23,107 bases of DNA from a virus. Location: UHGV virus genome UHGV-1970859. One strand, written 5' to 3'. Position 1 is the first letter of the stretch, and every line of letters starts with the position of its first letter. The notes beneath the pieces were generated by a model that had not been told where the DNA came from, did not search any database, and worked only from the letters and a program-made list of their open reading frames with translations. Shown in pieces: positions 8,459 to 15,286 of the stretch. The translations under genes and the position numbers were made by a program.

Positions 8459-9295
8459 TCAGAAGTCAGCCAACTGGTCGGAGGCTGCACCTGTTGCGGT
8501 GAACCGGTTCTGCGGATCGCCGTCCTGCGTGCGCAGTTTTTCCTTCAGTGCTGCCAGCTCTGTGGTCAGTGACGTAATTTTCTGGCTGTCCTGCTGATGG
8601 CGGGTTTCCAGCACATTAAAACGGTCGATAATGTCGGCCTGTGACGTTGCGACGCCTTCCACCGCTTCCTGAATACGGGAAAAACTGGCGTCATCCGCTT
8701 TGCGGCCACGGCCAATAATCCCCATTACGCGGTTAAACCACTGGGTGCCTTCTTCCTGGCGTTGTTCTGCCATTTCGATGATTTCAGACTCGATGGCTTC
8801 GGAGATAAGCGGCGCTTCACCCTGGATACTGTTGAACGTCATCACCGCCTGACGTTGCTGTGCCGTGAATTTCAGGCGCTCAGTGCCCAGGCTTGCCGGG
8901 GTGTCGGTCATCGCCAGCCCGACCAGATAGGCGCGCCCGTTAACGGAGAACTGCGGGTGCAGTTCGATACTGGAATAGATTTTCTTGCCGTCCGCGACAA
9001 GCTGCTTCATGCGCTCGGTCGGTTCGATTTCTGCATACAGCGCAGTACGTCCGGCCAGCGGACCTTCCGTAATGTCTTCCGTACTCAGTGCGGTGACATC
9101 GCCCATTGCGGAAAATTCGCTTGACGGGCATGGCGAGAGATAGTGCTCAACGTTCACGCGGGCAGCGTAAACATCCGGGTTGAAGTTCTCGGCGGCTTCA
9201 CGCAGATGCACCGGACTGATTTCACGTCCATCAACAGTTGATCCGGAGACAGCCACGCGAAACTTTTTGCGGGATGTCTTTTTTTCATTAGCCAT
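8459..9295 (-). CDS. O: Capsid scaffolding protein gpO
   Basis: Track ORF 8459..9328. Likely start is MANEKKTSRKKFRVAVSG at 9295 (P2 gpO begins MAKKVSKFFRIGVEG). LVGLAMTDTPASLGTE is conserved. Coiled-coil C-terminal half. Confidence 0.9.
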   Translation of the reverse strand: MANEKKTSRKKFRVAVSGSTVDGREISPVHLREAAENFNPDVYAARVNVEHYLSPCPSSEFSAMGDVTALSTEDITEGPLAGRTALYAEIEPTERMKQLVADGKKIYSSIELHPQFSVNGRAYLVGLAMTDTPASLGTERLKFTAQQRQAVMTFNSIQGEAPLISEAIESEIIEMAEQRQEEGTQWFNRVMGIIGRGRKADDASFSRIQEAVEGVATSQADIIDRFNVLETRHQQDSQKITSLTTELAALKEKLRTQDGDPQNRFTATGAASDQLADF

Positions 9296-9449
9296 AGTTT
9301 TTGCCCCTCTGACTGGTTCTTCAGTCATGATGGCAAAGCGTAACAGGCTGATACAAAGGGCTTTTGTTGTAAGAAAACGGCCAGAACAGGGGGTTAAGGA
9401 GAACAGTTTCGCGCGCGGGTAATCTTCCTGTAATTACTCAGGGGGAGCA
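9296..9449. promoter_or_regulatory. Divergent late-promoter region between O (minus) and P (plus)
   Basis: In P2 this intergenic region holds the Ogr-activated late promoters for the O and P operons. Assigned by position only; no clean TGT-N12-ACA activator dyad was identified by eye. Confidence 0.3.
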
Positions 9450-11201
9450 ATGATTCAGGACGCTTTTGTGCGCCAGCGTGCGCGGCAACTTTACTGGCAG
9501 GGTTATCCGCCCGCAGAAATATCACGTCTGATGGGAATAAACCCGAACACGATTTATGCGTGGAAAAAACGTGACCAGTGGGATGAAACGCCACCCGTGC
9601 AGCGTGTCACGCAGTCCATCGATGCGCGCCTCATCCAGCTTACTGAAAAACAGAATAAAACAGGCGGTGACTTTAAGGAAATAGACCTGCTGACCCGGCA
9701 GCTTAAAAAACTGCATGATGGCCAGCCGGATGCGACGGTCACAGGAAAGAAAGGCCGGGCGAAAAAACTCAAAAATCATTTCACGCCGGAACAGATTGCC
9801 GCACTGCGGGAAAAAATCATCAGCAGGCTGGAGTGGCATCAGCGGGGCTGGTTTGACTCCCTGACCCTTTGCAGGGAAGCCGGGATACGTAACAGGATGA
9901 TCCTGAAATCCCGACAGATTGGGGCAACCTGGTATTTTGCACAGGAAGCGCTGCTGATGGCGCTGCGTGACGATGTGGCGCAACCTTACCAGCGTAACCA
10001 GATTTTTTTGTCTGCGTCACGTCGTCAGGCGTTCCAGTTTAAAAGCATTATTCAGAAGGCCGCGGCTGAAGTTGATGTGGAGCTGAAAGGGGGCGATAAA
10101 ATCATCCTCTCCAACGGCGCAGAGCTGCATTTTCTCGGCACTTCTGCTGCGTCGGCACAGTCCTATACGGGCAATTTTTATTTTGATGAATTTTTCTGGG
10201 TCAGTCGCTTTGCTGAACTGCGCAAGGTGGCTGGCGCTATGGCAACCCTCAGCGGACTGCGGCGCACCTACTTCTCCACGCCATCCACCGAAACGCACGA
10301 GGCATACGCCTACTGGAACGGTGACCGCTGGAACGAGAAAAAGGCCTCGCATAAACGCCAGCGTTTTTCTGTGGACTGGAAAACGCTGCATAACGGGCTT
10401 ATCTGCCCTGACCGGACGTGGCGGCAAATTGTCACGCTGGAAGATGTGGTTAATCACGGCTGGAAACACACCGATATCGACGAAATTCGTGATGAAAACA
10501 CCGAAGACGAGTTCCTCAATCTCTATATGTGTGAATTTGTCCGCGAAGGGGAATCGGCATTTAACCTGAATATCCTGATTGGCTGCGGTGTTGACGGATA
10601 CGACGACTGGAAAGACTGGAAACCTTTTGCTCCCCGCCCGATGGGGAATCGTCCGGTATGGATTGGGTATGACGCAAACGGCAGCAGTGGAAACGGCGAC
10701 AGCGGCGCTGTGTCCGTGGTGGTTCCTCCGGCTGTTCCTGGTGGCCGTTTTCGAACGGTGGAGACGCGACGCGTTCAGGGGCTGGAGTTTGAAGAACAGG
10801 CCAGAGTCATTGAAGAGTTCACGTATCGCTACAACGTGGAACACATCGGCATTGATGTGACGGGCGGGAACGGGGAGGCTGTTTATCAGATAGTGAAACG
10901 GTTTTTCCCTGCTGCTATTCCGTACACCTTCACGCTGTCATCAAAACGGTCGCTGGTACTGAAAATGCTGCAAATAATGCGTGCCGGGCGGTGGGAATAC
11001 GATCGCGCCGAACGCGAGCTGGTCGCGGCCTTTAACGCCGTGCGTAAGGTGAAAACACCGGGCGGCTTTATCACTTACGAAACGGACCGCGCGAGGGGGA
11101 TCAGCCACGGCGACCTTGCGTGGGCAACCATGCTTGCTGTCATTAACGAACCGATTGGCGGCGAAGGAGAAAACGAGCGTTTCACGGTTATGGAGTTCTG
11201 A
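9450..11201 (+). CDS. P: Terminase large (ATPase) subunit gpP
   Basis: 583 aa. N-terminal RARQLYWQGYPPAEISRLMGINPNTIYAWKKRDQWDE and overall size match P2 gpP. Divergent from O as in P2. Confidence 0.95.
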   Translation: MIQDAFVRQRARQLYWQGYPPAEISRLMGINPNTIYAWKKRDQWDETPPVQRVTQSIDARLIQLTEKQNKTGGDFKEIDLLTRQLKKLHDGQPDATVTGKKGRAKKLKNHFTPEQIAALREKIISRLEWHQRGWFDSLTLCREAGIRNRMILKSRQIGATWYFAQEALLMALRDDVAQPYQRNQIFLSASRRQAFQFKSIIQKAAAEVDVELKGGDKIILSNGAELHFLGTSAASAQSYTGNFYFDEFFWVSRFAELRKVAGAMATLSGLRRTYFSTPSTETHEAYAYWNGDRWNEKKASHKRQRFSVDWKTLHNGLICPDRTWRQIVTLEDVVNHGWKHTDIDEIRDENTEDEFLNLYMCEFVREGESAFNLNILIGCGVDGYDDWKDWKPFAPRPMGNRPVWIGYDANGSSGNGDSGAVSVVVPPAVPGGRFRTVETRRVQGLEFEEQARVIEEFTYRYNVEHIGIDVTGGNGEAVYQIVKRFFPAAIPYTFTLSSKRSLVLKMLQIMRAGRWEYDRAERELVAAFNAVRKVKTPGGFITYETDRARGISHGDLAWATMLAVINEPIGGEGENERFTVMEF

Positions 11202-12247
11202 TGAGCAGAAAAAATAAAAAAGTGCGCATGAGTTCACGCATTGATCTCGCTGATGCGCTCAGGAAAGAATCATCGCTCAGTGCATTCACATTTGATGGTC
11301 CTTATCGCCTGACCGGGCATGACCTGCTGGACAATATGTACTGTGCTGATAACGGGCGGTGGTATGAAACCCCGGTGGACTGGTACGGTCTGGCAAGAGC
11401 TGCCCGGCAAACGTCCTGGCATCAGTCTGCGCTTTACTTTAAGCGCAATGTATTGCTCGGCTGCTATATTCCGCACCCGCTGCTTTCCCGGCAGGATTTC
11501 TCGGCGCTGGCGCTGGACTGGTTTGTGTTCGGTAACGCATTCCTTGAGCTTCGAAGCAATATGCTCGGCGAACCGCTTAAATTACGGCACGCCCTGGCGA
11601 AATACATGCGACGCGGAAGCGATCTTGAATCATGGTGGTATGTGCAGGATGGCAAGGACGCGTTCCAGTTTCGCCCTGGCAAAGTGTGCCACCTGATGAA
11701 TCCGGATATTAACCAGGAAATCTACGGCATGCCGGAATATCTTGGCGCATTACTCTCGGCCAGCCTGTCTCATTCGGCGGACATGTTCAGAAAACTGTAT
11801 TACGACAACGGATCCCACGCCGGGTGCATCATCTACATCGGTGCAGCGCAGGTAAACCGCGAAAGCATGGACTCCCTGAAAGAAACGCTACAGGGTGCAC
11901 GTGGTGGTGGTGCGTTTAAAAACGTGCTCATTCATGCGCCCAACGGGGGCAAAGAGGGGGTGCAAATTTTGCCGTTCCAGCAGATCACCGCAAAGGATGA
12001 GTTCATGAATGTTAAGGTGGCATCCCGTGATGATGTGCTGGCTGCGCACCGCGTTCCGCCGCAACTGATGGGGGCGATGCCGGGCGAAAAAAGTGCGTTT
12101 GGTGATGTGGAGAAGGCCGCGCGGGTTTACGCAATTAACGAGCTGATGCCCGTCATGGAGGCCATGAAGCACATCAATGACTGGCTTGGCGAAGAGGTGA
12201 TCCGCTTTAACCCTTACGCGCTGCTGGACACCCAGCCCACATCCTGA
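11201..12247 (+). CDS. Q: Portal protein gpQ
   Basis: 348 aa, start overlaps the P stop (TGATG). Size and position match P2 gpQ. Confidence 0.9.
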   Translation: MSRKNKKVRMSSRIDLADALRKESSLSAFTFDGPYRLTGHDLLDNMYCADNGRWYETPVDWYGLARAARQTSWHQSALYFKRNVLLGCYIPHPLLSRQDFSALALDWFVFGNAFLELRSNMLGEPLKLRHALAKYMRRGSDLESWWYVQDGKDAFQFRPGKVCHLMNPDINQEIYGMPEYLGALLSASLSHSADMFRKLYYDNGSHAGCIIYIGAAQVNRESMDSLKETLQGARGGGAFKNVLIHAPNGGKEGVQILPFQQITAKDEFMNVKVASRDDVLAAHRVPPQLMGAMPGEKSAFGDVEKAARVYAINELMPVMEAMKHINDWLGEEVIRFNPYALLDTQPTS

Positions 12248-12274
12248 CGCGCTTCGCTTGTCTGCTGCTTCGCC

Positions 12275-12297
12275 GGGGCATAAAAAATTTATGCCCC
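12275..12297. repeat. Perfect hairpin GGGGCATAAA-AAA-TTTATGCCCC just downstream of Q
   Basis: 10-bp perfect inverted repeat with a 3-nt loop, 28 bp after the Q stop. No flanking T tract, so not a classical intrinsic terminator. Lies in the region where P2 has its cos/packaging sequences. Confidence 0.4.
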
Positions 12298-12723
12298 GAC
12301 TCTCCAGCTCTTGTATCAATCAGATAATTTCACGACGCTTTCCTGCTTATTGCCATCATCGACAGTCAGACTCTTACGCAATCCCACCGCGTTGACTGCA
12401 TGTTCTCGCCGTCTCAGTGCGATTTTGACGGCCTTACCTTTCACCCCATCAAATCAAAAGCCCTCACGTCTTTTTCACGCTCAGCGTGAGAAAGACAGCC
12501 ATTCTGTTCTATCTCTGCGACATCGTTCAGGGAATGCTATTTACCCCCTGAAACGCGGGCTGTTCCCCCGTCACCTGCGCGCAGAAAAAACGCGTTTTTT
12601 TGTGCACGCACGGATCCTTGGCGGATCCAGCCACCACGCGGGCCGGAAGGGCAAAAAGTCGTTCAAAAAAATTGTGCAAATTTGTGCACAATCTTGCATT
12701 AAAATCAACGTTCAGTGGATGTA

Positions 12724-12752
12724 TTTAAGCGAAAAAAAGATCTTTGTATAAT
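12724..12752 (+). promoter_or_regulatory. Candidate sigma70 promoter for the toxin-antitoxin operon
   Basis: TATAAT at about 12747-12752 with TG immediately upstream and a weak -35 (TTTAAG) 17 bp away, about 30 bp upstream of the toxin start. Three TTGTGCA repeats lie upstream at about 12598, 12672 and 12682. Confidence 0.3.
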
Positions 12753-12783
12753 TTCGTTCGGTTACGTTGGTGAGAGGTTCTGA

Positions 12784-13185
12784 GTGAAAGACATCACATA
12801 TTGGAATGATAAAATTCAGAAACAAATTGATAGTTATCCTGAAGCCGTTCGAGAAAGGATAAATTTTGAGCTTGTTGCACTGCAGAGCGATTGTCCTCAT
12901 TCTTTCGACAGTTTCGATTTTCCAGTGGATGGTGATGATGCCTTGGGGGTTCCACCGGCTCAAAAAAAATCAATGCGGGAAACGATTGGTCGCTACGCAA
13001 TGCAATTAACCATCAAGAGTAGTGATTCTTATCGTATGATTTACGTTGCGAAATTTGCGGAGTCTGTTTACATACTTCATACATTTAAGAAAAAGACAAA
13101 TGGTGTGTCAAAAAAAGAATATGAGACAGCTGCCGCAAGATACAAACAATTAGTGGAGTATCGTCGTAAAAATGGCTTAAGATAG
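12784..13185 (+). CDS. Type II toxin, RelE/HigB superfamily (Gp49-like, DUF891-type)
   Basis: 133 aa, GTG start with GAGAGG upstream. C-terminal YRMIYVAKFAESVYILHTFKKKTNGVSKKEYETAAARYKQL is characteristic of Gp49-like toxins. Followed by an XRE-HTH gene (toxin-first order as in HigBA). AT-rich relative to flanking phage genes. Confidence 0.6.
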   Translation: MKDITYWNDKIQKQIDSYPEAVRERINFELVALQSDCPHSFDSFDFPVDGDDALGVPPAQKKSMRETIGRYAMQLTIKSSDSYRMIYVAKFAESVYILHTFKKKTNGVSKKEYETAAARYKQLVEYRRKNGLR

Positions 13186-13255
13186 CTTGCAGGTATCTCA
13201 AATCTGATATAACATAATCAATGTCAGCAACATCGCTGATTAAGGCTGGAGAGTT

Positions 13256-13573
13256 ATGGAATTCGTCGTAGTTAAAAACCCTTATGCGTCATCAAGTAGC
13301 TCTGTAAATGAAGCTAGTGATAAACACATCCGGGCCCAATTAATGGTTATTATCCGAAAAATGATTCAGGAGCGCGGTCTTACCCAGCGAGAAGCTGCTG
13401 AATTGCTGGAAACAACCCAACCAAGAGTAAGCGAAATCATTAATGGTAAGTTAGATAATCATACCATTGATCGACTGTTTATCATGCTAAACATCCTGGG
13501 GTGGGATTTTAAGTTTGGGTATTCCGGTGGGGTTGTTACTGCGACGGCAGAACATTCCTGTCAGGTTGCATAA
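13256..13573 (+). CDS. Antitoxin, HTH XRE family (HigA-like)
   Basis: 105 aa. LTQREAAELLETTQPRVSEIINGKLDNHTIDRLFIMLNILG is an HTH pattern typical of antitoxins paired with Gp49-like toxins. GGAG Shine-Dalgarno. Confidence 0.6.
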   Translation: MEFVVVKNPYASSSSSVNEASDKHIRAQLMVIIRKMIQERGLTQREAAELLETTQPRVSEIINGKLDNHTIDRLFIMLNILGWDFKFGYSGGVVTATAEHSCQVA

Positions 13574-13580
13574 ATATTAA

Positions 13581-13613
13581 GCCCCTGACGGGGCCAACCG
13601 TCAGGGGCTTTTC
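13581..13613 (+). terminator. Rho-independent terminator after the antitoxin gene
   Basis: GCCCCTGACGG-GGCCAA-CCGTCAGGGGC, an 11-bp perfect GC-rich stem followed by TTTTC, 8 bp after the stop codon. Confidence 0.7.
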
Positions 13614-13738
13614 AACACAAAGAAATGATAGTCTGAGAAATATCATCACCTTGATGTTTTGCATGTACAACTGTGATTCTAGTCAATCCAGGCAGATAAT
13701 CAAGGTAAAAATCATTCTCAGTAAGGAGGTGATTATGG

Positions 13739-13888
13739 ATGGCTTTGAAATCAATTGTAAAAAAACCGGCTCCGAAAGGATTTCGTTGGCAGTTTTGCCG
13801 ATACCGTAAGGTTCGTGGTGATTCTGGTCGAAAGCTGGATGCTCATGAGTATGGCTGGAAAGCTTGGGCGTTTCTAGTGCGAAGCTGA
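13739..13888 (+). CDS. Small basic hypothetical protein (49 aa)
   Basis: Below the ORF-track size cutoff. Strong AGGAGG Shine-Dalgarno at 13724-13729. Own translation: MALKSIVKKPAPKGFRWQFCRYRKVRGDSGRKLDAHEYGWKAWAFLVRS. Has its own terminator hairpin 13 nt downstream. An alternative 24-aa frame starts at 13735. Confidence 0.35.
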   Translation: MALKSIVKKPAPKGFRWQFCRYRKVRGDSGRKLDAHEYGWKAWAFLVRS

Positions 13889-13901
13889 TATTTGATATTT
13901 A

Positions 13902-13925
13902 AAAGCATGGCGAAAGCCATGCTTT
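13902..13925. terminator. Bidirectional intrinsic terminator between the small ORF (plus) and parR (minus)
   Basis: AGCATGGC-GAAA-GCCATGCT, an 8-bp stem with a GNRA-type loop, T-rich on both sides. A second hairpin ATTCAGG-N8-CCTGAAT at about 13934-13955 is followed by TTCTTTTTTA. Confidence 0.55.
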
Positions 13926-13931
13926 TTGTGA

Positions 13932-14246
13932 TCATTCAGGAAAAAATTCCTGAATATTCTTTTTTATTTGACTTATATTCTGATTTTTGCAACCAACAGG
14001 CTCGCTGTTATGCCAGCCCCATATGTGATTGTTGGCAGGCATATTTTCCCCCTCTGACCATTCAGCCAGCCAGTAAGCAAAGGCAGGATCGTTTTTAATG
14101 AGTGCCAGTCCAGCCAGAAATGCCGCGCGTTGCGCGCGGCTGCGTTCGGAGGCTGGCAGGCTGTCGAGATAATTACACGCTTCCCGTTCACTCTTGACTG
14201 CAGCTGGCTTCAGATAGAAACTTATCCGTCTGGTTGGTGTCGTCAT
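13932..14246 (-). CDS. parR: ParR-like RHH centromere-binding adaptor
   Basis: Track ORF 13932..14381. Likely start is MTTPTRRISFYLKPAAV at 14246, with an AAGGAG Shine-Dalgarno inside the parM 3' end. N-terminal RRISFYLKP...YLDSLPASERSRAQRAAFLAGLALIKNDP resembles R1 ParR (RRTIAFKLNP...TLDSIPQGERSRLNRAALTAGLALYRQDP) as recalled from memory. Confidence 0.6.
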   Translation of the reverse strand: MTTPTRRISFYLKPAAVKSEREACNYLDSLPASERSRAQRAAFLAGLALIKNDPAFAYWLAEWSEGENMPANNHIWGWHNSEPVGCKNQNISQIKKNIQEFFPE

Positions 14247-14250
14247 TGGT

Positions 14251-15210
14251 TTACTCCTTGTCCATTGCGTACAGCCCATTAACCAGAGCAAACTGTGGCA
14301 CCCCGTCCGCGATGAAAGTCGCATTAACTCCGCAGGCTTCGCGGATAGCGGGGGCCACAATCTCCGCCCCGCCACCGACAACCATCACCCGCCCGTAACC
14401 CGAAAAACCCGCCAGCGCGCGGATCACGCGTTGTTTCAGTGTTTCTTCCTTTTCACGAATAACCGCCATCAGGCTGGCGTAATGCGCGTCATTGTGGATG
14501 TGCTGGCGCAGCCAGGCTTCATCATGGCGATGTTCGATAATGGTATTGGCGATGTGGTGACTGGTACGCATACCGTTAGTGGCCATCACCGACAGTACGG
14601 CATCGGCCATCAGGGAAACGCCTACGTGTGGATCGCAAAACACCTGGCTGATACCTACCAGTTGTCCCTGAACCTTTGCCACATCCAGCGTGGTTCCGCC
14701 TAAATCCACAATCAGCAGGGATTCAAACGGACTCATGTCAGCCAGTGCTTTAAAACCAGCCGGAATGGATTCAGGCATAACCCGTACGTTACGGATAGTG
14801 AATGCTTTTCCGTTCTGGTACGCCACCGGGCGCATGACGTTTGCTTTTTTGCGGTTGATGTTGGCCATGTCCGGCTGTGCGTTTGTGTCGAAATATTCGC
14901 TCAGTGGCAGGGTGACAACCACATCCACTTCCTGTGGTGTGATGCCTGATTTGACCAGCGCGTGATGAATGGCAATGACATTCACATCGCTGTACTGGTA
15001 TTGCGTGTCGGTCGTCTGGACAAAGCGATCGCTGACCGGATCAAAACCATAGCGCACGCCATCAAGCATGTAGTTTGCGGGCTGCGTGCCACCGAACGGC
15101 GCAGACCATTCCGACTTGAAGCTGTTCGGGCTGATGGCGTTGCGGCGTTCGCCGTTCTCAGTCCATGCCAGCTTGATGTTGGTGGAGCCGTCATCGATAC
15201 AAATTTTCAT
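14251..15210 (-). CDS. parM: ParM/StbA-family actin-like segregation ATPase
   Basis: 319 aa. MKICIDDGSTNIKLAW, ISPNSFKSEW, YSDVNVIAIHHAL, VMPESIPAG, LLIVDLGGTTLD, FSGYGRVMVVGGGAE and LVNGLYAM match the R1 ParM motifs (phosphate 1, adenosine and phosphate 2 elements of the actin fold), as recalled from memory. Confidence 0.85.
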   Translation of the reverse strand: MKICIDDGSTNIKLAWTENGERRNAISPNSFKSEWSAPFGGTQPANYMLDGVRYGFDPVSDRFVQTTDTQYQYSDVNVIAIHHALVKSGITPQEVDVVVTLPLSEYFDTNAQPDMANINRKKANVMRPVAYQNGKAFTIRNVRVMPESIPAGFKALADMSPFESLLIVDLGGTTLDVAKVQGQLVGISQVFCDPHVGVSLMADAVLSVMATNGMRTSHHIANTIIEHRHDEAWLRQHIHNDAHYASLMAVIREKEETLKQRVIRALAGFSGYGRVMVVGGGAEIVAPAIREACGVNATFIADGVPQFALVNGLYAMDKE

Positions 15211-15240
15211 GTCGCTTTTCCTTATGTTGATTAATTAATC

Positions 15241-15278
15241 GTTTACGGGATTCTGAAATCCCGTTTTTGCCTGTTTTA
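15241..15278. repeat. Repeat unit 1 containing the 20-bp palindrome ACGGGATT-CTGA-AATCCCGT (about 15245-15264)
   Basis: Lies in the 76-bp gap between the A stop and the parM start, so within the parM promoter/leader region. Confidence 0.5.
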
Positions 15279-15286
15279 TGCGCGCT

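Noticed and set aside
9296-9449. Ogr-type TGT-N12-ACA activator dyad for the late promoters
   Set aside because: Only TGT/ACA half-sites with non-canonical spacing were seen by eye (for example TGT at about 9368 and ACA at about 9386). Not enough to call a specific site, so only the promoter region is annotated.
10017-10844. 275-aa minus-strand ORF inside the terminase gene
   Set aside because: Antisense to gpP (terminase ATPase), which is unambiguous; no independent evidence.
12311-12751. 146-aa plus-strand ORF in the Q-to-toxin intergenic region
   Set aside because: No Shine-Dalgarno, low-complexity translation, and it overlaps the predicted promoter and iteron region of the toxin operon. 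More likely non-coding cos/regulatory DNA.
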